Shown: positions 38,196-45,602 of the stretch, in pieces | Layout of the letters: every line of letters starts with the position of its first letter | Position numbering within the stretch: position 1 is the first letter of the stretch | From: an uncultured beta proteobacterium | Lineage (GTDB): Bacteria; Pseudomonadota; Gammaproteobacteria; Burkholderiales; SG8-41 | Direction of reading: 5' to 3' | Assembly: GCA_903893565.1 (NCBI GenBank) | Contig: CAITMU010000125.1 | Location: forward strand, 20,578 to 84,577 | Length of the DNA: 64,000 nucleotides | The notes under the pieces: generated by a model | What the model saw: only the letters and a program-made list of their open reading frames with translations | The model's database searches: none | What the model was told of the DNA's origin: nothing | Position numbers and translations under genes: made by a program

Positions 38196-39590
38196 TTAGC
38201 CCATAAATCCGACTTGGGGTGCGGGTACGACGTGCATCTCGGTCATCGCCATAACCTCCTCAGCGCTAAATCCTGGGGCGACTTCTTCAAGAACAAAATG
38301 ATTTCCGTTCCATCGTAGCAAAGCCAGATCAGTGACCACATAACTCACACAGCCCTGACCGGTTAGCGGATAACTACATTTTTTTCTTAACTTGGGTCGC
38401 CCCTTGCTATCGGCATGCTCGAGAACAATGATCAGATCGCCTTTACCGGAGAGCAAATCCATGGCGCCACCGATCCCGCCTCGTTTAGCGTCTGCAGTAC
38501 TCCAATTGGCTACGCTAGCGGTTTCATCGACCTCATAGGCCCCTAAAATCACGGTATCAATGTGTCCACCGCGAGCCATTTCAAATGAGGTCACACTGTC
38601 AAAAAAGGAGGCGCCAGGCTTTAATTCCACGAACTGACCCGCGGCGTTGTAAACATCAGGATCAACAACACCGTCTTCTTTGATCATCTGACCATAACCC
38701 AGAACACCATTTTCTGCATGCAAAATGACGTGCCGTTCCTGTAGATAGTTTGACACCATCGTCGGAATACCCACGCCAAGGTTGACGTAGGTATCATCTT
38801 TCACCAATGCAGCTGCACGCTTGGCAATTCCCGCACGGGTAAGAGCGGGTTTGCCGTTATATAGGCGGGGTTTATCAGAGGGTCTACGTTCGGCTCTGCG
38901 AGCTATCTTGGCATCGGCCGGTTGTGTGGATTTCACCACACGAGAAACAAAAATACCGGGTAAATCGATTAATTCAGGCGGGATACCACCGGGTTCAACA
39001 ATCTCATCAACTTCAACAATGGCGTGTCGGGCTGCTTTTGCAAAACTGGGGTTAAAGTTTTGACTGCCACCGCGAAACTGAACGTTACCCAAGGTATCTG
39101 CCCGGTAGCCGCGTAACAAGGCAAAATCCAGATGAATGGCATGTTCGAGGACATATTGTTTTCCGCCAAAATCGCGCATTTCACGGCCCTTGACCAAGTC
39201 GGTGCCCACGCTCGTGGGGGAATAAAAGGCGGGAATGCCTGCCCCACCCGCGCGACAACGCTCAACCAAAATGCCTTGGGGGACGAGTTCGACTTCCATT
39301 TCGCCATTGGCAATCTGTTCTTCGCTCGCCGTTGGGGTGCCAGGGCGCACAGAGAAGGCTGCGATGAGCTTTTTGACTTGTTTGCTTTCGGCCAATATTT
39401 GACCACGGGTTGCACCTGGGTCCCCAAGCGAGTTACACACCAACGTTAACTGCTTTGCGCCTTTATCGCGCAATGCCAGAATCAAACTGGTCGCAAAGCG
39501 GTGGGCTACCCCAAAACCTGCAATTGCCACTGTCGATCCGTCTGCCAAATCTGCAATCGCCTCTGCTGGCGAAGCTATAACCTTATTCAT
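38196..39590 (-). CDS. Fused A/B-subunit class I 3-oxoacid/acyl CoA-transferase
   Basis: 464 aa. The N-terminal half resembles subunit A (LADGSTVAIAGFG). The C-terminal half resembles subunit B and carries the catalytic-Glu motif in the form HAENGVLG. Confidence 0.85.
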   Translation of the reverse strand: MNKVIASPAEAIADLADGSTVAIAGFGVAHRFATSLILALRDKGAKQLTLVCNSLGDPGATRGQILAESKQVKKLIAAFSVRPGTPTASEEQIANGEMEVELVPQGILVERCRAGGAGIPAFYSPTSVGTDLVKGREMRDFGGKQYVLEHAIHLDFALLRGYRADTLGNVQFRGGSQNFNPSFAKAARHAIVEVDEIVEPGGIPPELIDLPGIFVSRVVKSTQPADAKIARRAERRPSDKPRLYNGKPALTRAGIAKRAAALVKDDTYVNLGVGIPTMVSNYLQERHVILHAENGVLGYGQMIKEDGVVDPDVYNAAGQFVELKPGASFFDSVTSFEMARGGHIDTVILGAYEVDETASVANWSTADAKRGGIGGAMDLLSGKGDLIIVLEHADSKGRPKLRKKCSYPLTGQGCVSYVVTDLALLRWNGNHFVLEEVAPGFSAEEVMAMTEMHVVPAPQVGFMG

Positions 39591-40126
39591 GTGTAATGTT
39601 CTCTCTTAGAAAAATTAGCCCTGATTTTATAGGTTTGAAGTCAGGGGCAAAAACCTTATTTTATAATAGCCCCTGTTCAGGGTCTCATTTTTTTGTGCTT
39701 CAACCTTAGCAGTATCATTTTACTGCGTCAATGCGGGGTCTGATGATTAATTTTGAATAAAAAATGAGCCCCTGCCCCCCCTAACCCTCCGATTTGCCTG
39801 CCTAACCCATCATTCCATTTCGTGGAACTATTCTTCTTCGTTGTTTTAGGAGCGGATTTTGATCAAAAACACCTTTTAAAAGGCATCTGGCATCGATCAG
39901 AATGTAATGTCCTTTTCTATGGAGGGGGTATTTCTGTCGATTGGGATTGGATATTGCGTTTATTTTTTTGTGAACGAATGAATGATGAAATCAAAACCTA
40001 AAGAGTAGATGGGGTTCGTCGTATTTTTTTAATGCCTCATGTTGTCATTGGATTTGCTCGCAATGGGCAGGGCCAATACAATGACGGGCGGGTTAATTAA
40101 CTATCGATAAAGAAAGGATTACTGAA

Positions 40127-40870
40127 TTGAAATACGAGGCTCAAATCGCTGAAACCATTATTCTTCATGGCCATGAAGGAGATACTATAGACGCCTACAT
40201 GGCCCGACCCTTAGGTGCGGGTCCTTTTCCAGGGGTTGTGATTATTCATCATATGCCCGGTTGGGATGGGCCGTCTAAGGAAATTGCCCGTCGTTTTGCT
40301 CATCATGGCTATGTAGCCCTATCTCCTAACTTACAGTATCGAGAAGGTAAAGCCACTGCGGAAGAAAATAGTGCCAGTGTGCGCACTGCAGGCGGTATGC
40401 CGGATGATAGGACCATGGGGGATGTGCAGGCTGCCATTGATCAGCTTCGCAACCTGCCTTATTTGAACGGCAAAGTGGGCGTCATTGGCTATTGTTCTGG
40501 AGGCCGGCAAGCGTATCTAGCGGGTTGCACTTTAAAAGGCATTGATGCCGTGATAAGTTGTTACGGAGGCGGGGTCGTTGCCAGCGGCGAGGATCTCACG
40601 CCACGTCAACCCAAAGCACCTATTGATTTTACCGAACAGTTAAGCTGCCCCATACTTGGATTATTTGGTGAGGAGGATACTCGGCCTTCACCAGCGGATG
40701 CCGCAATCACCGAGGCCGCGTTAAAAAAATACAATAAGCAGTATGAAATTGTAATGATGCCCAAAGCGGGACATGCTTTTTTTGCTGTTGATCGTGTGCA
40801 ATACCGAGTCCAGGCGGCATTAGACGGTTGGAAAAAAGTTTTTTCCTGGTTTGGTCAGCATCTGAGTTAA
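40127..40870 (+). CDS. Dienelactone hydrolase family protein
   Basis: Alpha/beta hydrolase with nucleophile elbow GYCSGG and a C-terminal AGHAF motif. 247 aa, TTG start. Confidence 0.85.
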   Translation: MKYEAQIAETIILHGHEGDTIDAYMARPLGAGPFPGVVIIHHMPGWDGPSKEIARRFAHHGYVALSPNLQYREGKATAEENSASVRTAGGMPDDRTMGDVQAAIDQLRNLPYLNGKVGVIGYCSGGRQAYLAGCTLKGIDAVISCYGGGVVASGEDLTPRQPKAPIDFTEQLSCPILGLFGEEDTRPSPADAAITEAALKKYNKQYEIVMMPKAGHAFFAVDRVQYRVQAALDGWKKVFSWFGQHLS

Positions 40871-40962
40871 CGAGTATTGAATCGGAAAGATTTCCCCGCT
40901 CTGGGGTTTTTTTGGCGTTAGCCCAAACCTAAGAGCGGGGATTGGACCCATTGTCCCATTGT

Positions 40963-42138
40963 TTATTGGTCCTCTGAGCTGTAGGATTTCTTTCGCGCCT
41001 CTTCAGACTTGGCAAATCGATGTCCCATCCAAGCCCCCGTCATTAATATGGCAGAGTTGCCAATAAACACTACCGCATAGCCGGCTGCCGTGCCCAGTGC
41101 ACCAAAGGCCAAAGGTAAAATGCACTGTGACATTTGATTAAGACAAATGCGCAATCCCGTGGCCTCAGCGGCTCTTCCGGGGGGGGAGTGATTAAACACC
41201 ATCGCCATTGACAAAGGTTGACCGACCCCACAACCCAAACCCAAGAAAAACGAAACCGCGGCCAGGGCCCAAACGGAATGAAATAATGGCATGACACAAA
41301 AACAAAGGCCTGCTAAAAACAGGGCTACGTTCATCAACTTAGCATCTCCCATACGACGAACGACCCAAGGCACTAAAGCCCTAACCACAATCACTGCGAC
41401 GGCAAATACACTTAACACTGCGCCAATAGCCGTTGCACTTAAACCATTGCTATGGCCGTAAATCGGGAGAAAGAATTGGTAGACATCCCACGCTGAGGAA
41501 ATGATGGCGCCAGAAAATAAGGTTTGACGAAGGGCTTTATTGGCCAACAAATCTTTCAAACTATTTTTTGTGGGCACTTTCTGCGGGCGCGGTAACACCG
41601 GAATCCAGCGCTTTCCCAATGCGGTCAAGATTACGACCAAAATCAAAGGCATGGATAAAACGGCAAAGGTGGTGGCATGGCCCACATGATCAATTAATAA
41701 ACCAGCCGTTAATGGACCAAAAAATGATGCAATCGCATAAATAAGACTCAATATGCTGAAGTTACTCGCTCTGTCCTTTGGTGAGGACATAGCACCGACC
41801 AAGGTTTGCATCGACAATTGAAAAATAATAAAGGACATGCCAATCATGGGGGCAGCAAGGTAGAGCGTCTTTAGATCCGGCCACAGCCAAGGCAGAATCA
41901 AGCCTAAAAAGATACCACATGCGCCTAAAAACAAAGGTAATCGATAGCCGATTCTGTCTGCTAATCGACCAGCGGGAAGTGCGAAAACCATCGGAAAAGC
42001 CGAATATAAGGCAACGATACTTCCGACGACGAAAGAGTTGCCCCCTTGCTCAATGGCAAACAGTGGGACAGCCAGTTTGCTCCCAGCAAATCCCACATGG
42101 GCAAGGAATGCGACGCCAATCAGACTGTAGACAATCAC
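40963..42138 (-). CDS. MFS transporter
   Basis: About 12 predicted hydrophobic spans and an MFS loop motif (PAGRLADRIGYR). It is clearly paralogous to the ORF at 54143. Confidence 0.85.
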   Translation of the reverse strand: MIVYSLIGVAFLAHVGFAGSKLAVPLFAIEQGGNSFVVGSIVALYSAFPMVFALPAGRLADRIGYRLPLFLGACGIFLGLILPWLWPDLKTLYLAAPMIGMSFIIFQLSMQTLVGAMSSPKDRASNFSILSLIYAIASFFGPLTAGLLIDHVGHATTFAVLSMPLILVVILTALGKRWIPVLPRPQKVPTKNSLKDLLANKALRQTLFSGAIISSAWDVYQFFLPIYGHSNGLSATAIGAVLSVFAVAVIVVRALVPWVVRRMGDAKLMNVALFLAGLCFCVMPLFHSVWALAAVSFFLGLGCGVGQPLSMAMVFNHSPPGRAAEATGLRICLNQMSQCILPLAFGALGTAAGYAVVFIGNSAILMTGAWMGHRFAKSEEARKKSYSSEDQ

Positions 42139-42390
42139 AACTTAAATATTTCCTTTAAAACCAATGAGTTAATTATTCTCGCTGGTCTTTCAATCTCACA
42201 TTTCACCGGGCCCGATGGCAAGAAAAATCTCGGTTTTGCCGATGTCAAAAAATAAACCCTTCATTAAAGGCTCAAGAACTTTGTTCAATCGGGCCGATGT
42301 TAGGTTTGCCTTGGGTTAGCTGTTTGACCCATAAACTAGCTTTCGTTTTTTTCCTTTGGACTTTCTTTGGGTCTAGTAGGGGTCGATTTA

Positions 42391-42510
42391 AAAAGAGTAT
42401 TACACCCTGATTTTAATTGTCTGTATTTAATTTAAAACAATCGAAGGTATAAAAGAGTATTACACCCTGATTTTAATTGTCTGTATTTAATTTAAAACAA
42501 TCGAAGGTAT
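42391..42510. repeat. Perfect 60-bp tandem direct duplication (2 copies)
   Basis: The unit aaaagagtattacaccctgattttaattgtctgtatttaatttaaaacaatcgaaggtat occupies 42391-42450 and recurs without mismatch at 42451-42510. Confidence 0.95.
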
Positions 42511-42541
42511 ATTACTTTTAATACTTTTTAATTTTAACACA

Positions 42542-42606
42542 CCCCCTTTCCCCCTCTGCTTCTGCTTTCCCTTCTCTTTTTCCCTTCCCCCCCTTCTACC
42601 CCCCCT
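42542..42606. repeat. 65-nt polypyrimidine tract with six C-runs on the + strand (G-runs on the - strand)
   Basis: There are only 3 purines in 65 nt. The C-runs are C5 (42542-46), C5 (42550-54), C3 (42569-71), C3 (42582-84), C7 (42587-93) and C7 (42599-605). Confidence 0.9.
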
Positions 42607-42824
42607 ATTAATGAATCGTATCGAATATATTATGGGCCCCAATAACAATTTAAAAAAATAGATGGAGAGTAAGGTTTTTGTAAGGTTGGCATAGGCATCA
42701 TGGCTTAACGATGAAGGATTAATTTTTTAGTGGTATAAATTTTCAAAAACCCAAAATAAAGTAAAAAACACCTTTAAGTCATCATACTCAGTTAGTCGTT
42801 AGGTTAATGATAAGGAGCTGTATC

Positions 42825-43421
42825 ATGAAAAAGATGGCATGGTTTACATTCGCATCAATGAGCTTACTCATGTTATTGGTCTCAGATGTCAACGCCCGCC
42901 TCTCCAATGGGAATGGGGGCAATGGAGCAAAAGCAGGTCGTGCCGCCAATGGTATGCAGGGGGTAAATGTTGCGCACGCGGCCAATGTTGCGCCAGTGGC
43001 AAATCGTGCCCCTGTGGCAAATCGTACGCTCGTGGTTAGTCGCGCAACGGTAGCCAATCTATCCCATGTCACAAATGGGCGACATGGGATACGTGGAAGT
43101 GTTTATATCAGCGCTCCTTTTTTTGGGGTTAGTCCCTTGAATTACTATCCGAGTGCTTATGACTCAGCCTATTACTCGGCCCCTATCGGGGTTCAGCAAT
43201 CCAATGGGTATGTGGAACAAATTGCCCTAAGTTATAACGACTCCCCAATGCCCAACGAAAGTTTCCCCGTCGCGCCTTCTACGATTTCCATGTCGCCTCC
43301 CATCGCAAGCGAGCCGTCATGGTTTTACTGCATGGATACCAAAACCTATTACCCCTACGTTCAGACTTGCCAGTCACCTTGGCAACGTGTAACGCCCCAA
43401 ATCCTGCAACCTTCTTATTAA
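42825..43421 (+). CDS. Small secreted Tyr/Pro-rich protein with a C-terminal WFYC...YYPYVQTC...W motif, copy 1 (has a hexapeptide-repeat insert)
   Basis: AAGGAG RBS 7 nt before the ATG. Signal peptide MKKMAWFTFASMSLLMLLVSDVNA. The C-terminal 28 residues are identical to copy 2. 198 aa. Confidence 0.7.
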   Translation: MKKMAWFTFASMSLLMLLVSDVNARLSNGNGGNGAKAGRAANGMQGVNVAHAANVAPVANRAPVANRTLVVSRATVANLSHVTNGRHGIRGSVYISAPFFGVSPLNYYPSAYDSAYYSAPIGVQQSNGYVEQIALSYNDSPMPNESFPVAPSTISMSPPIASEPSWFYCMDTKTYYPYVQTCQSPWQRVTPQILQPSY

Positions 43422-43635
43422 ACGCCTCATGAATGCCCTTAACTTGAAATTGACTGAAAAAGCCCTCTTTATGTTGAACGTTCTGTCGACGCCTGTGTAC
43501 TAATACCCGAGCATGAGAGTAAAAAAGATTATGTTGATGTAGATACAATTAGTAACAAAAAACCAAGCATCCAGAGCAAACGATATTTTAAAATTGCACT
43601 CAAAGTCAGTAGATGAATAAAAAAGGAGTCTTATC

Positions 43636-44052
43636 ATGAAAAAGATCGTATTGTTGGCCTTAACTGCAATGAGCTTAATCATGTTACTGGGCAGTAACGC
43701 CAACGCGCGCTACTATGGGCATGGTCATGGTCATGTGGGGATATACTTAGGCGCGCCCTTTATTGGAGTGAATCCATGGGGTTATTATCCGAGTCCTTAT
43801 TACTCTCCCTACTACACGCCACCGGTTGTCATTCAGCAGCCCAATGTGTATGTGGAACAAGCGGCTCCAAGCTATAATTATGCCCCGATACCCAACGCGA
43901 GCCCCTCTACCCCGCCCCCTACGACGGCTATGGCGCCCCAAGCCGGTGTAGACCATTCCTGGTTTTACTGTATGGATACCAAAACCTATTACCCTTACGT
44001 TCAAACGTGCCAATCGCCCTGGCAACGTGTAACGCCACAACCCCCACGTTAA
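43636..44052 (+). CDS. Small secreted Tyr/Pro-rich protein with a C-terminal WFYC...YYPYVQTC...W motif, copy 2
   Basis: AAGGAG-type RBS and the same start context as copy 1 (ATGAAAAAGAT). Signal peptide MKKIVLLALTAMSLIMLLGSNANA, then a GHGHGH and Y/P-rich mature part. 138 aa. Confidence 0.75.
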   Translation: MKKIVLLALTAMSLIMLLGSNANARYYGHGHGHVGIYLGAPFIGVNPWGYYPSPYYSPYYTPPVVIQQPNVYVEQAAPSYNYAPIPNASPSTPPPTTAMAPQAGVDHSWFYCMDTKTYYPYVQTCQSPWQRVTPQPPR

Positions 44053-44118
44053 CCATTTAAAGTATTGATAGCCTTTATTCAATTTTGGGTTGAATGACAT
44101 TCTAGAAAGGTAAATGAA

Positions 44119-44664
44119 ATGAAATTGGCATACAAACCCCTCTTCGCCATCCTTGCCGTATCGTTGACCGGTTGCGTGAGCGTTCCAACGGGACCCTCAC
44201 GTCTAGCCTTACCAGGCAATGGCAAAAGCTTTGAACAATTCCAGGGCGATGACTTTTATTGCCGGCAATACGCTCAACAGTCCTCCGGTGTCTCGACTGC
44301 GAATGCCCAGCAAAATAGCGCTATACAAAGTGCTACTGTAGGCACTTTAGTCGGTGCTGCCGCTGGGGCACTGATCGGGGGCAATAGTCGAAGTGCTGGG
44401 ACCGGTGCAGGAGTGGGTTTACTCTTCGGGGCGGCTTCTGGCGCAAATGCCGGAGAACGTTCTGCCTATATGACCCAAAAACGATATGATGACGGTTATA
44501 CCCAATGTATGTATGCCAAGGGACATAAAGTCTCGGTTCCTGCGGGTATGGCACGTCAATACGAACCCGCGGTGCAACGCCCAACCTATCCTACTGCCCC
44601 CTCCTATCAATATTTACCCCCACCACCCCCAGGTTCAGCCCCTCCCCCCACCTCGACGAAGTAA
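44119..44664 (+). CDS. Glycine-zipper lipoprotein, copy 1 (Pro-rich C-terminal tail)
   Basis: Lipobox LTGC. Gly-zipper segment GTLVGAAAGALIGGNSRSAGTGAGVGLLFGAASGANAG. Conserved Cys pair (DDFYCRQY ... YTQCMYAKGHKV). The tail reads YLPPPPPGSAPPPTSTK. Confidence 0.8.
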   Translation: MKLAYKPLFAILAVSLTGCVSVPTGPSRLALPGNGKSFEQFQGDDFYCRQYAQQSSGVSTANAQQNSAIQSATVGTLVGAAAGALIGGNSRSAGTGAGVGLLFGAASGANAGERSAYMTQKRYDDGYTQCMYAKGHKVSVPAGMARQYEPAVQRPTYPTAPSYQYLPPPPPGSAPPPTSTK

Positions 44665-44717
44665 GTCATTTAAACGTTTTTTGCGTGGTCACGAGCGGGA
44701 ATTTCCGATTGATTTGA

Positions 44718-45043
44718 GTGGCTATTTGCTTAACCTTGATAGGGGTCCCCGTCGCACAGGCTCGGGTCGGCGTTGTCATTGGAGCCGGTCCCTAGGGTTA
44801 TTGTCCCGGCCCTTATTATTCCCCCCTACCCCTACCCATACCCATACCCATACCCATACCCCTAACTCTTACCCCCTTGTCGTTATGCAACAACCGAACG
44901 TGTATAGGGAATAATCGACCCCTCAGCCCGTATCAGATCCTTCCCGATACTCATGTCTCGCGTTCAAGGCGTATGACCCTGATGTCCAAACCTGTAGCAT
45001 GCATTGGTAAAAAGTTCCCCCTCCCCGCCCAAACCTTCATTAA
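44718..45043 (+). pseudogene. Decayed third copy of the secreted Tyr/Pro-rich motif protein
   Basis: Homology to copy 2 is spread over more than one frame. IGAGP*GYCPGPYYSP compares with IGVNPWGYYPSPYYSP, LVVMQQPNVYRE* with VVIQQPNVYVEQ, and YSCLAFKAYDPDVQTCSMHW*KVPPP with FYCMDTKTYYPYVQTCQSPWQRVTPQ. In-frame stops lie at 44793 (TAG), 44912 (TAA) and 45008 (TAA). The signal peptide is truncated. Confidence 0.6.
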
Positions 45044-45110
45044 CTTTGTTTTTGAAACTTGGGTTTTGTCTGTGTAGAATGCTCATACAATTGAAAAGGA
45101 GTGATTGAAA

Positions 45111-45554
45111 ATGGCAAATTTTTCTAAAGGGTTAATGGTATCTTTAGCCTTGATAGTGGTTGGCTGTGTCAGTGTCCCCACAGGCCCCTCTCATTTGGCA
45201 CTACCGGGCGAAGGTAAGAGTTTTGAGCAATTTCAGGTCGATGATTTTTCATGTCGTCAGTATGGCCAACAAGTCGCAGGCACTTCTACCAAAGAGGCGC
45301 AAGAAAATAGTGCGCTCAAAAGTGCGGCCATTGGAACTGCAGTGGGTGCAGCGGCCGGTGCGCTCTTAGGAGGCAATTCTAAAAGTGCCGGAGCGGGCGC
45401 TGGGATAGGACTTTTATTCGGTGCGACCACTGGGGCTGATGCTGGTGAGCGATCGGCTCATATGGCTCAAAGACGCTATGACGATGGCTATACGCAATGC
45501 ATGTATGCTAAAGGCCATAAAGTCTCTCTTCCAGGGGGGATGACCCATCGATGA
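45111..45554 (+). CDS. Glycine-zipper lipoprotein, copy 2
   Basis: AAGGAG RBS 9 nt upstream of the ATG at 45111. Lipobox VVGC. Collinear with copy 1 (CVSVPTGPSHLALPGEGKSFEQFQVDDFSCRQY ... RYDDGYTQCMYAKGHKVS) but lacking the Pro-rich tail. Confidence 0.8.
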   Translation: MANFSKGLMVSLALIVVGCVSVPTGPSHLALPGEGKSFEQFQVDDFSCRQYGQQVAGTSTKEAQENSALKSAAIGTAVGAAAGALLGGNSKSAGAGAGIGLLFGATTGADAGERSAHMAQRRYDDGYTQCMYAKGHKVSLPGGMTHR

Positions 45555-45582
45555 GGGATTCTTTTTTATAAAAAGTGTTGGC

Positions 45583-45602
45583 GAGGGATTGCTTTATCCC
45601 TC
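45583..45602. terminator. Hairpin between convergent genes (possible terminator)
   Basis: GAGGGAT (45583-89), a 6-nt loop, then ATCCCTC (45596-602), overlapping the amidase stop codon. The flanking T-runs are weak, so the terminator function is uncertain. Confidence 0.35.

Noticed and set aside
38969-39427. A 152-aa ORF in an alternative minus-strand frame. A similar 139-aa alternative-frame ORF lies at 58088-58507 inside hom.
   Set aside because: Both are embedded in strongly supported genes (the fused CoA-transferase and homoserine dehydrogenase). They show no independent start signals or motifs.
42391-42510. The 60-bp repeat, considered as a CRISPR or a mobile-element terminal repeat.
   Set aside because: There are only two directly abutting copies with no spacer. 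No cas or transposase genes are present, and there are no inverted termini. It is a simple tandem duplication.
42788-43072. A 94-aa minus-strand ORF and a 66-aa alternative + strand ORF over the P1 repeat region.
   Set aside because: These are artefacts of the 18-nt periodic, GC-richer repeat. The P1 frame is supported by its RBS, signal peptide and conserved C-terminus.
44486-44914. A 142-aa + strand ORF spanning the end of GZ1 and the following spacer.
   Set aside because: Its 5' half is an out-of-frame read of the glycine-zipper gene. Only its last ~15 codons (VVMQQPNVYRE) are meaningful, as one frame segment of the decayed P3 pseudogene.
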